A DNA stretch of 63,702 bases, counting the filler, from Choristocarpus tenellus KU-1152 (Eukaryota > Protista > Phaeophyceae), in assembly GCA_964200185.2 (NCBI GenBank). It is 10 parts of 10 records of this genome, joined end to end, with 100 filler letters (N's around TTAATTAATTAA, not from the genome) between each part and the next. Parts side by side here need not be neighbours in the genome. Positions count along the whole stretch, not along the records: positions 48,399 to 51,880 come from CAXNAD020019734.1; positions 51,981 to 55,672 come from CAXNAD020018483.1; positions 55,773 to 60,731 come from CAXNAD020012375.1; positions 60,832 to 63,702 come from CAXNAD020024054.1; 6 more parts are not named here. One strand, 5' to 3'. Numbering within the stretch: position 1 is the first letter of the stretch; each line of letters opens with the position of its first letter. Below the pieces are notes generated by a model. That model saw only the letters and a program-made list of their open reading frames with translations. It made no database searches and had not been told where the DNA came from. A program made the translations under genes and the position numbers. Positions 49,035 through 62,315 of the stretch are shown here, piece by piece.

Positions 49035-51657
49035 TTATAGTTTCTTCATTATATCAATCTCGCTTTGTGGGTAGATCCAAACTATTGCCCCCATCATCAA
49101 TAAAACACTGAGCAATTGGAGCAGGCATTGTCCTTTAGATGACTTCATTGCTGTCCGAGTGTGTGTGTATGGGTAGATTTCGGGTCGAGAGCACATTAAG
49201 TACATCCTGACCGTGCAATCCTGGTTCTGAACGTCTGTCCCTGCCTCTAGCTCGTACACTTGAGATGATAATTGGAGTGAAGGGGCGTCTCTGAAAAATA
49301 ATCTTTTCCTGAGAGTCTTGATCATCAGGAGCTTACTCCATGGAACTACGACCACAGAAGGCCGCATCCCTCACCTTCCTGGCTTGCATATATGTTCAAA
49401 AGTATACACCCAAACACAAAATTTCAGTGCAATACGGGTTACCCCTCCCTTTGTGGGCTGATATTTTGTATCCCTCTCCTTGAGGAATGAACATCCATTG
49501 TTGATACTTCTTTGCTTGTACCAAACTCTGGAGTCATGCCAACATCAATCACAACGATAAGAATATTGCTAATAGAAGAAGAGTCAGATGGGGTGTGTCT
49601 TGAGAAAACAACAACAGCTCTACACCACAAAAACTATGCTAAGAACAAATAAAAAACACGATACCCTACACGTGCATGGGACGTATTAGCCCCTCAACAT
49701 CCTCTACCTGCTCAACATCAATGGTAGACTAATCAAAATGGTCGACATAGATCCAAAACATGGAATCAGAGTAGCTGCCATGGAAAGATCCAAGGTTTTT
49801 CACCCGTCCAGGTAAAAACAAACTAGATGGGACCAGACTGTCAGGTGACCCAGCCGAAGTATATTTAATGATAGTGGTCCAGGCTCATCAGAGATTTCAA
49901 CGGGCCCCACCGTGGGCCGCCCTGGCTGTGTGGAGCATGTTTATACAAAGTCAGCTCAGGATCATCAGGGATTTCAACTGGGCCACTCCAGACCGTGGGG
50001 CAGCCCTGGCGAAGCAAGGTCAGTCTAGGGCCATCAAGATTGTATCGGGACCACACGTGAACTGGTTGAAACATAGGTCATATAGAGCTGGTCAGGTCAG
50101 GACTCGGTTAATTTCCTTACCATGATGACAATTGATGCAATTCAAGGAGATGCATTTGGGACCAAATTGGAGGTTAGCCCAGTACTTGTGGAGAGGGCTG
50201 AAGAAACTGACTGATCTTGATCAGGCCGATCCTGAATAAAACATACAATTTCATCCAGAATTGTTAGAGGTTGAACCCGGACCAGGTGCGGACCAGCCCC
50301 AGAAAAATACTTTGAAGCAATACTTTGTATATTGTAAGAGGATCGGTTCAAAGCTGTCATACTTTTCAACTGAATCAGACTGGGATCTGGTCTCAGTGAA
50401 ATATGTTTTGTCAGGGCCGGTCAAGGGCCGTCAGACACTGAAACTGGACTGGGCAGCGATTTGGCCCCCTGCCCAGTCTGGAGAAGAGTTATGATAATAG
50501 CAATAGCAATAGCAATAATGTCTACATGCTTTGTGAAGCCCTCAGCAGTGTTGAGTGGGAACAATTATACTACTTACTATACTATTGTTGATAATGTCTT
50601 TGGAGTGGTAGTGATGGTGTTGGTGCTATGAGAACCCCTGACGAAAAGGACCAATAGGTCAATATCAATAATGTTTCTGTGCCATTCTACATAGACAAGT
50701 CTTTGCCGAATAATTTTCCTCAATGGAAACATGTGTTCATTTGTGCCTCCAACGGCAACTCTAGTAAGCAGCTACAAAACCGTAATAGTACCAAGCAAGA
50801 AAAAAAAAATCACATAGGCTCAAGAGCACTACATACACATATCATCCAGTCCCCACGGCTGCCATTGCTACTCACTCCACCCTAATCTCTTTGAGACCAG
50901 CATGATGGCATCGTACACCAAACAGCGTATCATAGACAGTACGAGTTATCGTTCAGCACAACTTCACCACTTTAACCAACTGTCAGCTAATAACAACAAC
51001 AAAAATATTGTTCAAACAGAACAACAATGAAATCGATTACAACTATAATATTCACCTCTCCTAACCCTAACCCTGCATGGGAAACCAATACAAGGCGCGC
51101 CAAGCGCTCTTGCCCTTGCAGTCCAGCCTACATACATGTAACCTACACACCCAGAAAAAGTCTCAAGTCTTACGAAGTGTGGTGTCCCTTTTTGTGATCC
51201 CACCAAAGAACCTCATCTATCACAGACGGTCAGCTACCTCACTCAACCCCCTCAGGTGTCCCCTGAGGCAATCCAACTTGGCCACCACATGGTCCTCCTT
51301 CCTCTGTGAAGGCACAACCCGTGCTTGACCCTTTTCGACAACTTGGCTCTTTCCTTTCTCTACCTCAACCAACTTGCGGCAAAAAACTGTCTTGCTTTCC
51401 CCCTTCCATTTGTCCTTGTCCTTGTTATCCCTAGTGTCTATCCCATAATCGACTTCTGTGTCATCTCTAAACACTTGAGATGTTTCTGATGCCGACGAAC
51501 TAAGCACTGCCCCATCCTTCAAGGAGGCAGGACAAGCACAAGAAGGTACTCTTTTAGCTGGTGGTACAATCCCACTATCTACCACAGAGACAAGGCGTCC
51601 AGCGCAGAGCCTTCTTGCAATCCGCACAATCTGACCATTCCAGGCAGAAAAGCACAT
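49035..51657 (-). CDS. Possible partial gene of unknown function with a C-terminal transmembrane segment
   Basis: Candidate terminal exon ending CLLQLLSVLLMMGAIVWIYPQSEIDIMKKL* at 49035, and a charged ORF at 51220-51657 with a possible donor GAG|GTAGCT. No family motif; exon chain unresolved. Confidence 0.3.
49780..50490. repeat. Repeat family D element rich in GGACC/GGTC/GGGCC short motifs (possible hAT-like non-autonomous transposon)
   Basis: Right end is similar in reverse complement to 10733-10870; dense short motifs; no real ORF. TSD not identified. Confidence 0.45.
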
Positions 51658-54600
51658 TCAGAGGGAGATTAGATGATCATCAGTGAAGGGGACACGATCT
51701 CAGCACATGAACACAATCAAGAACAAAACAACCAAAGCTTCTGCAACCACACTCCTGCCTAATCGTCCACCGCAGGGACAGCACAGCTCTTGATGTTGTA
51801 CCTCAAATTACCCTAACCCTACAAAGTACACATTGCAAAGCTGAAAAAAAATAAATATGAACCACTTATCGATCCCCCCCNNNNNNNNNNNNNNNNNNNN
51901 NNNNNNNNNNNNNNNNNNNNNNNNTTAATTAATTAANNNNNNNNNNNNNNNNNNNNNNNNNNNNNNNNNNNNNNNNNNNNTTTTTCCTTTTTTCTGTTTT
52001 TTTTTTATTTTTTTTTTTGTTGTTGGTTTTTTTTTTTTTTTTTTTTGCTGTTCTGTTTTTTTTTTTAGTCTTTTTGGCTGAACATCCGGCCGCAGTTTTG
52101 TCACATGTTTTATTTTTATTTTTTCTAATGTTTAATTGTATGGAAAAAATCAGAGAGAGAGAGAGAGAGCCCAAGATTTTTTTTTTTTAAATTTATTTTC
52201 ATCGTTTGAGCTCGATTGATTCCTTGAGTTAATACAAGACCTTTTTTAAAATTTTGTTCCTACTGGGGGTGCAAAAACTAGAATAATAATATATATATAT
52301 ATATTCAATTTGTGAGAGATAATATGTTTCTTGCGCTGCTTCAGGTGCCGTACAAGGAAGTTGCTGTTGTTTGGTGAAAGGTCTATGTATGCTCTCAAGA
52401 GACTCTTCGAGGAAACCTTTTTCTTTTTGTTCTGGGATAGCTTGTACATTTATTTAATGAGTAGAAGAAGTAGTGCATTGATAAAAAGAAAGGTGTTCTC
52501 CGCTTGAAGGGTATGTAGTCTTATGAGATAATCAGTTTAATTTATTGGTTTTTATGAGAGGTCGCAGGCGTTTTGTTTTACCTCGATGAGAAATGTAACA
52601 TACACTGCGTTGATAATAATAATGAGAGTATGATCGTATTGGATATCCGACTGTCTTCTCACGTGGTAAGTATGTCTTCATGTGCATGAAGGTGTGTGTG
52701 CGTGTGCGTGTGTGTGCTGCAATAATTCGGTTTAGCATTAATTGTATTCCGCTTTTTAAAGTGCAAAACCTTTTATGGCGTTGCTTATTATTTTTATTTA
52801 TTCTAGTAGTCCCGAGTTATCTGGGTGGACTCACGAAGTGTCTGTTCTGGAAGGCGTGCAGATATAAAGGGAACAGATTTCCTGTGACGGACTTGGTGTC
52901 TGTGAAAATGGTAGCAGGGACAAAAATAAGTGTAAGTATCTTAAGTATCTTAAGTATCTTACCTGCTCCATTTGCATTCGCATCAACCTCCTATCTCTGT
53001 TCAAGTCCTTAAAAATGCCAAGTTACAAGGATAACTGTAATAGTTAACTTTGCCATGGTGACTAAAGCAATGGTTAGTTTTCTTGTTTTACTGTTTGCGG
53101 AGTGGGTGACCTAACTTGTAATGATCACCTTTCAGGTTCTTCACTCTTTCCTCTTCCCACATAGATCCTGAGGTTTTTAATCCCTCTCTCTCTCTCCCTC
53201 TCTCTCCCTCTCTCTCCCTCTACATCTCTTGTTTATTGTTGCTCTAGACAAAGGCCTAACCCTAACACTACAAGTGTGGGTAGGCGTTTGTGTATGTATC
53301 CAGCGATGTGTACACCTTGGGGGGAAACATTTCGATTTCTGTGAACCCGCCTCTTTTGGTTGAGAATAGGATGGAATAAAGGTGTCAAGATTATGCTTGA
53401 CCATTTGTGAGAATATAATATGATTTTAAGTATTATTTTATTTTATGTATGCACAGAAGATAATGTGGGACATTCGGGATGTTTAGGGTTAGGGTATTTG
53501 ACCAGAAGTAGTCGGTGGACTGTTAGAGTGGGAGTGTTTCTGACGGGTACTAGAGATACATTGAGTCATTTGGTATTCTGAGTCATTCAATGTGGACTGG
53601 TGAGCCCTACCTAGTGAAGGTATCTCACTCTCTTCTCAACTGTGGTACAAAGTAATGAACAATAATATAACTAGTTGTGTGGGACAACAGATCGTCAAGG
53701 ACAGCTTAACAAAAGGGTTGAGGCAAGGGTTGGGGCAAGGGGGAGGGGGAAGGGGAGGGGGAAGGGGAGGGTGAAACAGGTTGGCATGTTGGCTAGTTTG
53801 ATTAAGGTGACCCTAGAAGAAAGAAAGGGCATCCCATTTATAGTAGTTGCTGACTTACTGCTCTGATGATAAAAAAATGTAGCATATCAACATCATATCG
53901 GTGATATCAAATTCATAGTGTGACCTCACCAAGAGCCCTCTTAGTCAAGAAAAATGAATGGTTGTAGTATGATTTAGTTAATCCCTTGTGGACTAATTGA
54001 TGTTTACAATATAATAAACATATATTAGTTTTGGCATAATTTTGTATGGTGAGAATTATGAATTATAAATAGGACCCCATCTGGGACTTAAACGTTCCGA
54101 GTGTATGATGTGTTTTGCTATTAATACAGCACTGCAGAACAGCGAAGAATGTTTCGGAGTGTTCACTCTTCCAATTTTTTTTGTGTGTAAATATCCATTT
54201 AGAACAGTATTTATGTAGTCAAGTAGGACATAGGGAGGTTCGCGTAGGGTAGGATGGAATTCTCATGTAGGATGTATGTTACTGCCTTCGAAGGTGTTGG
54301 AACCCCCTAATTTTGAGGGTTTTTTTTTGTTGTTGTGTGTGTTGGTAATGTCAGTGCAGGATAATCCATGCATATGTTTTTAACATTCACATGTGTATGT
54401 TTTGGTAGGGGGAAAGCACAAAATGATGTATGTATATATGCAAGGGTTGGAGGTGAAGTTTGGGTCAAAGTACCTGAGAGGGTTCTGTATTACAGCCTGA
54501 GGCGTGTGTTTGATGTTCGGTGCTTGTGGAGGGGAGGATTTGTGAGAGGAGGGTTCCATCATGGTTAGTGGTGATTAGAAATAGAAAAGAGGTGCTAGTT

Positions 54601-55037
54601 AGTTGCCTCTTGAGAGTATGTAAAGAGTATGTAAAGAGAGGAGAAGCGAAGGGGGGTGGGTGAGGAGTGACTTGTGTATATGGATGAGTGCAACTCAGTA
54701 TACTTACTGAGGGAAAAGCAGTTAGTTCAGTACTTTATTATTTTTAGAATGGTCGGGTATGTTAGACAATGCTTTATTATTTTTAGAAAATATGAGACGT
54801 GAGGGAGCTGAGACAGGTACGGTATTGAGTGATGTCACGTGGGTGGTGCTTGTGGTTGACGCAGGCATTTGAAAACAATAGTGAGAAAATGGTACCATGC
54901 ACACAGACAAGATAGATAACAGATGCCACTCTTTTTTGGGGGGTAAGTACTAACTTAAGTAGACTAGGTTTCTAAGCGGTGGTGTGTGGGGGGCCTTGTT
55001 TGGACCTCTTTGATTCAAAGATGGGAGAAAGTTCCCA

Positions 55038-55220
55038 ATAGCTTAGTTTAGTACTGGTCTTTTTTTGAGGTGATTTTATGCCATCAAGAATATTGTGAAA
55101 AAAGACCAGTACTAAACTAACCTATAAAGAATATTGTAAAAAAAGATCAGCACTAAACTAAGCTATAAAGAATATTGTAAAAAAAGACCAGCACTAAACT
55201 AACCCTATCAAGAATATTGT
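55038..55220. repeat. 41-bp minisatellite (about 3.3 units) preceded by an inverted partial copy
   Basis: AAGAATATTGT at 55086, 55127, 55168 and 55210; ATAGCTTAGTTTAGTACTGGTCTTTTTTT (55038-55067) is the reverse complement of part of the unit. Confidence 0.9.
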
Positions 55221-55337
55221 ACCGCTATGGCGATGAACAGTAATCTTGTACCATCTGTGCCGCAACTGTGGTGGTACCTGTCCTAACTGACCCTTAGAGA
55301 TTATTATCTTTCCATTGATTGCTATTGTTGTGGCCAG

Positions 55338-55578
55338 GTGGATTGCTCTCTTCCAGTCCTTGTTTGCCATTCCCTTGATGGTTCCTGCGGGGCTGACAAC
55401 CGATCCTCCTGTGTCTCTGCCTCACCTACCCGGGAAGCTATGGGACGGTTGGCTTTGCTACCTGGGTAAGAACAGCATTTTGGAGGGACCTCACCCTGAC
55501 AACTGCTGGCCAGGAGCCCCGCTTTATGTGTCTCTGTATCTTATAGTCAACGTGAGCTTCAATGTCCTCGTGATTCTG
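55338..55578 (+). CDS. Internal exon of a CRT-like (chloroquine-resistance-transporter family) membrane protein
   Basis: WIALFQSLFAIPL..LWDGWLCYLGKNS..DNCWPGAPLYVSLYLIVNVSFNVLVIL shows the W...FQ / DG..C..G.N / D.C / N...N pattern of CRT-family proteins. Borders CCAG| and |GTGAGC. Confidence 0.82.
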
Positions 55579-56295
55579 GTGAGCATTGTGTTTCTCTGGG
55601 GGGGGGGGGGGTAAAAAAGATTGATTTGACTACCGGGTATAGTTTAGTTTTTTTTTTTTAATTATTTCTTTTNNNNNNNNNNNNNNNNNNNNNNNNNNNN
55701 NNNNNNNNNNNNNNNNTTAATTAATTAANNNNNNNNNNNNNNNNNNNNNNNNNNNNNNNNNNNNNNNNNNNNGGGGGGGGGGGAGGGGGTTTGATGATGG
55801 TTACAACCTTCCACATGCTTACTTTGCTGATGGCTTATTTTGATAACGTTATGTGTTACTACAGAGTGGCATGAAATATTTGTTCAAGCTGTCTTGATAC
55901 TTTAAGATGGCAGGGTTGTACCAAGGAGATGTGGCACAAAGAGCAATGAATCCAATAGAATGGGTCTGTTTGTGACCTTGAGCCAATAGGGTTCATTGCC
56001 AAGCAACATTGTCTTGTTCCCAACCTAAGTTGCCAACACTTTGGGGTGGAGTTTGAGTAAGAGAGTTTTTTTCTGGGTGTATGTGCATGACATTGTTTTT
56101 GTTGGGAACATAAATTGCTCTCTTTGGTTCTCTTGTGTAGAAAGAACTGGATGAAACCATGAAGATGATGGATATTGTAATTAGTAGCGGCAGTAGTAGT
56201 TATACAATATTAACCTATTTGGTTGCGTGTGTGTCTCTTGTTGAAGCATTTTCCTCATCCCTGGATCTTCTTGTTCTTTTTAGGAGTCTTGACAT

Positions 56296-56552
56296 CTTCA
56301 CTGTATCACTCCTAACCTCAGTGAATGACCTGCTTCACTGTATCACTCCTAACCCCAGTGAATGACCTGCTTCACTGTATCACTCCTAACCTCAGTGAAT
56401 GACCTTCTTCACTATATTACTCCTAACCCCAGTGAATGACCTGCTTCACTATATCACTTCTAACCTCAGGGAATGACCTGCTTCACTATATCACTTCTAA
56501 CCTCAGGGAATGGCCTGCTTCACTATATCACTTCTAACCTCAGGGAATGACC
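56296..56552. repeat. 37-bp minisatellite, about 7 units
   Basis: Unit CTTCACTRTATCACTYCTAACCYCAGKGAATGACCTG in head-to-tail copies with no unique spacers. Confidence 0.95.
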
Positions 56553-58868
56553 TTGGTGAAAAGCAATCAAATGGGCACCAAACAGGGAATGATCTACGAT
56601 AGGGAGGGGGGGAGAAGCAATGAAGTGTGTGTGTAGGATGTCCAACTGTTTGGACATCATTGTTATATTTGCAATGCATTAACTGCTTGCCTTCAGTTAC
56701 TTGGAACCTTGTCACAAAATCTTCTTAGAAAATAGACTTTTGAACTCTTTGGTAGTCTGGATTTCTATTCTCTCTCTCTCTATATATATATATGATTCTC
56801 AGAGTATTATTTAAGACACTGTATCCTGCCTAGGGAAGGTATTCGTTGCTGACAAAGCATAAAGGTGTAGCAATGATGCTATACTACTCTGGTGCCATCA
56901 TGATCAACCAACCACCCATCAAAGAAGTAAATAGAGGTAGTTTATTGATGGCCCACCGATTTAGAGTACAAATTAAAAAATTCCCGTCCACAGATGTTGG
57001 GGGACGGGTATGGTGACATAATTTTATACATAAACGTACTGCCAATAAACATACATACTGATGGTGGTATATATATCATACTATTCTGCTGACTCCAATT
57101 CTATATCTACTTCCCTCCTGGCCATCATGTGGGGTGCAGTTGGGCTTGGCTAGTTTTGTGAACAGGGTTATGAGGTGCTAATTCTTGAAATAATGTAAAT
57201 TATCCACTATCATTCCCCAAGCTCTTCAACCCTCCCCACTGCACACAGTCCCATTTTTACACCCTACCTTCTTTGTTATCCTCAGAGAAGTTTCCACCTG
57301 AAGTTGTAAAGGATCAACTTGAACTAATTATTTAACCAGGCTGCTTCTGATTTCATGCATTTTTTTTTACAATGTTGGATGCACGAGTTCAGGCGATTAT
57401 GCTATTACCATGAAAAATACTACTATGTACTAGTACCTGACTATTGAATGTTGCAAAGGTGATTGCGATGAGTTAGGGTTCTTAACAAAGTAGGCACACT
57501 ATGAAATGCTTTCTGTTCCACTATATACACTCACCATCAAATAAAAAAAATTGATACCACACAATAACTGCAAGAGCTTATGAAAACGGAGTACACCACA
57601 TCAATGTTCTAAAATAGCAGACCTAGCTCTTATTTATAGCAGTCCCTGGAGAAAAATATAATCGAGCAAGCATCAATGACTTGATTAATTTTTTCTCTAA
57701 GACCTATTTTGTATGGTATCAAGCACCATCCTATCAAGTCCGACCCATTTTTGGTGTAAAGTCCTATTAAGATTTTTTGGTATGCTCCATCATCTCTGCC
57801 CCTGATTTTGAATGTACAATTACTACCATTCCCAAAAGTCGTTTCCAAAGTCTACGTGAAGACTGGGCAATGCACACACACAGACCTGAACCAACAGCTG
57901 ACATCATCAGGCAATTTGTGAACTCAGAAGCACTACCTAACCAAACCAAACTGAATCCATTGTAGTCAAAGAGGTACACATTTTTGTAGATAGGCAGATA
58001 ACAATCGACTCATACAAGTTTCTCTGTTTATACACTACCCCCAAAAAACTTCCTGAATAGGCTTCATACCTGTTCTACTCATGACCTCACGTTGGATGAT
58101 TGTACTGCACTGCTATGACATAGTGTTGTGAATGAGTAGTAGAATGTATGAATTCATGAGTATATCCAGTAATAAAAACTGACTCTTAACTCATTCGTGT
58201 ATCTTCATCAAATTGAAGTATTTGTGCAGCATTCAAGGAAAGGTTGTGGTGAGGAAACACTGACCATTAGGAGAAATTTTGTTACAACTCATGCAGACCA
58301 CATGCAGACCGCATGCATGCACACGGAACAAAGGGTCATTTGAAAGGTTGCTAACTTTGAAACGTTTTGATCCCAACCTCAACTCTTACTTGATTAAATG
58401 AATCACATTGGTTGAAAATGGAGGTTGATTCATAGTATTGTTTATGTACCACGAACAATACCCTTACACACTAGTTCCGATGTTCTCAGATTGGTAGTCA
58501 GAAGCAACAAGGAGAAGCTAGTACATGCATCGACACAAATAAAGCAACACAAGGATGGAAAACCCCCCAAATACAGCAGCAAGAGGTCCAACCAAAGGTA
58601 CCAATCAGTAGGTGGTCCAAGGTCCAACGCCCTTCTCCTCACTTGTCAACAAATAAAAAATAAAAAATAGAGAACAAAAATAGAAACAATAAGGAACACG
58701 TGTCATTAAAAATATCCATGGCAGGCAGAAGACAGACGCAACCATCACCACCAAGGAGGCGCGACCTTGGCATTTTGTGTGTAACACTGCAGTCATCAGC
58801 GAAGCTCTTCGTTCCTACCGCCCCACAGTTGTTTTACCATCCTTGAAAAGATAGCAAGCAAGTAGAAA

Positions 58869-59681
58869 TCAAAATAAATCAAAGAAGTATGGCATGCCCT
58901 GACCCAGTTCCCACACAGAAATTCCTACACCCAGTTCTTGTGCCAGGATCATGCGCTCCTGTAAATGGGGTTGTATATATATATATACATACATAAATGT
59001 GGGCAAGGGCAAGGTACACTAATTATTATATAGTATTGTAAAATCCTTCAAGTGTGTAAGTGCAAATTAAAAAAAAAGCATGGCTGTAGTTGTAACGGTT
59101 TTTGACGTAGAATGTATTAAGTAAATTGCTAGTAGCACGAAACTACAGTGTCAAGATATTGAAATTGAAATTCAAGGAACACAGTTAACTACAAGTATGT
59201 TGTGACTAAAACCTGTGCAGGATAGATAACTTTGAATATCTATAACCTGTCCCCACTACCTGTAAGATCCCCCAATAGGAATGGTCCTACCTGGAAGTGC
59301 AACCACACTGACATCGTCACCACGATAAAATATCCTAAAAAAAATAAATTATTCCTGACCCAACTGTCAACACAACAAGTCCTCACATTCTTTTCAAGCA
59401 CCCAATTCCAAGGGCAACAATCAAACACACACAGATTCAACAGACCTGATGCCCTTCAGTCCTTGTATTTTGACTTACAACTAGTTCAATCCATACCTCG
59501 ATGAACTTCAGTGTGGGATAGGATGCTCTGTGTACCACACCATCTTTGCCCCAGTACTCGAAAAGGTGCTCCCGAGATGATGAGTCCCATGTTATGGTTG
59601 GAGCCTCCTTGTCTACTCCTTCATCACCAGCTAGAAGTGACAGAGCATTGTGGTAGTTCACAACCTCTCCATTGTCATAAC
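58869..59681 (-). CDS. CHID1: Chitinase domain-containing protein 1-like (GH18), last two exons 59681-59497 and 58958-58869
   Basis: [27 protein letters not shown]|[29 protein letters not shown] matches the CHID1 C-terminus (WD..EH.FEY..YPTLKS..RL.LA.ELGVG.SIWELGQGL.YF.DLL). GT-AG borders. Confidence 0.9.
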
Positions 59682-60400
59682 CTTTACACACGCCATCACA
59701 ATAGGAGCACCCGCAGCTTGTTGGACTACTATTAACAAAACATCCTACGGAGTACTCAGTACAGTGTATCATAGTGTTACCTATTTCTTTGGTATGTGTA
59801 CATGTTTGGGTTTAGGGAGAGCACCAGTGGGGAAAAAGTGACAACATCAATATAGGCGGACACACACACGCAGGCTCAAAGGCAGGGGTTCCAAGATGTT
59901 CCTGAGAGCATGCTATTATAAAAATCGAGACTAGAAAACAGTTACCTGAGGGTTAGGGTTAGGGTTGTGAAGGGCAGTCAACACAAAACAACAAAAACAT
60001 CAGTCCAGCTCTCGATGTAGTGTTGTTTTTTCATGGAAAATGGTTTATGACCTCGAATCACCATATGCTTCTAGTCTCGTACGTAACTGCATTTGAATTT
60101 CCCGCTCAAGGTTCAACCTTGATAATGACATCATTTCGGTGCTTCTTTTTAGTAGGAAGACAGACGGAGGTAACCTTCCTACCATCACAATTTGAAAGCA
60201 CGCTATGTATCTCCTTTACGTGACTGTCTATGGATCGATAGCTCCACCTCAGACCTCACACGGGGAAGGTGTGTGTTCAACCACCAATTTCAGGCGTGAT
60301 ACTGCCTAGACAAAAGAGCCACCCCAAGGTTTTGTTTTGCCACAATAATACATTAAAAAAATTCATCACTCAAACTGCAAGGGACGAGCGGGCGGCTGCT

Positions 60401-60466
60401 CATTGTCCAGTACAGCCAATCATTGTCCAGTACAGCCAATCATTGTCCAGTACAGTCAATCATTGG
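60401..60466. repeat. 20-bp tandem repeat, about 3.3 units
   Basis: CATTGTCCAGTACAGCCAAT repeated. Confidence 0.9.
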
Positions 60467-60901
60467 ACTCAATGGGAACAACATTAACAAAAATAATTAA
60501 AATGAAAAGATTCGATTATCAGGGTTTAGGGTCAGGGTCAGGGTCAGTTTGGTGAGCAGACTTGAATGACGACAGCCAAAACTGTCCCCAGCGTAACAAA
60601 TATCCTATACCCTTAGTGAATCCATTGACACGATCAAAATCTGTTAAGGAGTCAATAATGATTTCTTTGCTTCCATAGTGCAATTTCTGAAACTGATTGA
60701 TTTCCCAACAGGTTTCCCTCCTGCCCTCCCCNNNNNNNNNNNNNNNNNNNNNNNNNNNNNNNNNNNNNNNNNNNNTTAATTAATTAANNNNNNNNNNNNN
60801 NNNNNNNNNNNNNNNNNNNNNNNNNNNNNNNTTCAACTCTCATGGGAACACACACACACACACACACACAGCCAAAATGCACTCCGCCCCTGTGGATAGT
60901 C

Positions 60902-60902
<1 letters not shown>

Positions 60903-60947
<45 letters not shown>
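60903..60947. repeat. (ATT)n microsatellite, with a (CA)n tract at about 60849-60870
   Basis: Read directly from the sequence. Confidence 0.9.
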
Positions 60948-61241
60948 TATGTACAGTCCAAAAAACACTCTCACCATCAGCGAGTCAGAAAGCACCCTTT
61001 GAAACTCAGCAACGGCTCATATTGCCTCGGATGCAACCAACCCGAGCTATAGTGCAAAATGCAGTTACATGATTTAACGTAACGTCCAAATAACGCCGAC
61101 AACCGTTTTCCTTTTTATTTTTTTGTTTTTGTTTTTGTTTTTGTTTTGTTTCGCTCCGTGGCCAAACGCAAAGCAATGCAACCACGGTTACCTTGTCGCC
61201 ACCATGTATACAACTAACTAGTCTCACAGCAACAACACATC

Positions 61242-61281
61242 GTTAGGGTTAGGGTTAGGGTTAGGGCTAGGGCTAGGGTTA
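61242..61281 (+). repeat. Interstitial telomere-like (TTAGGG/CTAGGG)n tract
   Basis: GTTAGGGTTAGGGTTAGGGTTAGGGCTAGGGCTAGGGTTA; a TTGAGGG variant run at about 61574-61605. Confidence 0.85.
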
Positions 61282-61573
61282 CAGAAAACCGTTACGGGCC
61301 GTTCTAACGGCGAAGGTGTCGTAGCCGCCGCGCTCAGACCCCCTCAACTTTCGCCAAACGACACAGGACCTCCTCGCCAAACGACACAGTGTCAGACACA
61401 GGTACAGCGTCGACTTAGGTACAGATCGGACCTAAGATCAGACCGCACTCGGGGACATTTCGAATAGAAGGAGATTTTGAAGGATAATTTGATCGCACAG
61501 TCCGGCAGCAGCAGGCTGGCACGACAAGCCCAGAATCTCCGGAACGCTGTTTTTCCCCCCAAACAATTAGTCG

Positions 61574-61604
<31 letters not shown>

Positions 61605-62199
61605 GGAGGCGTGCATGGCACTATGCGCTATAGACACCAGGCACTATTCTTGTTGGTGCCATGCTGTGGACTGAATCAAAGGCGGTGGGGTGGGTGCCTG
61701 CGACTGACTATCGCCGTACCGGCTCCTATCTCCAGACACATTTCTGAGGCTCTGCACAGCCTAAGGATGTCCTGCGGCAGATTATCTACATAAGAAAAAC
61801 CCAACACAGTTAGGGCAGACACCATTTAAACAATCAAATTACATGCGTACCGGCAACACCACACCAATTCCCTCCCAGGGTTATGCAAAACCGTTTCTCA
61901 TTCTAGTGGGAAAAAAGAGTGAAACACGCTGGACCACCCAAGAATACCATACCGTCAAGGTGCGTATGTACGGTACATCAATCCTTCAACTTCAACTTCA
62001 ACTTCAACTTCACTCAAGCCACCCTACTCCATTTATATTCATATCTATATCTATATTGGTTTTGTATTGGTACCATCTGATCTTGTGATCCCCGTAGATA
62101 CGACGAGCTCAATCCCGTATGCCCCTGCCACCAATACTTAATATTTTTCCCAATCCCCATCTCAACAACCATAATAACGCCTCCGTATCAGTCCGCTCA

Positions 62200-62315
62200 C
62201 CTCAAAACAGGCCAGTACATGTTTGCAGTTGAAGCGGCATATACCCAGACGGAAGGGCAGGCCAGATCATCCAAGAACAGCGGTGACTTGGCCATGTGGT
62301 TCACAATCATGCGAC
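62200..62315 (-). CDS. Putative exon of an unidentified protein
   Basis: AAAG|SRMIVNHMAKSPLFLDDLACPSVWVYAASTANMYWPVLR|GTGAGC; a GC-richer open block amid AT-rich DNA. No family recognised. Confidence 0.45.

Noticed and set aside
56296-56552. CRISPR array
   Set aside because: Units are contiguous near-identical 37-mers with no unique spacers, there are no cas genes, and the context is eukaryotic.
57610-58100. piggyBac-like transposase relic (SAPDF..SRFQSLR, LTLDD)
   Set aside because: Resemblance too weak and broken to support without a profile search.
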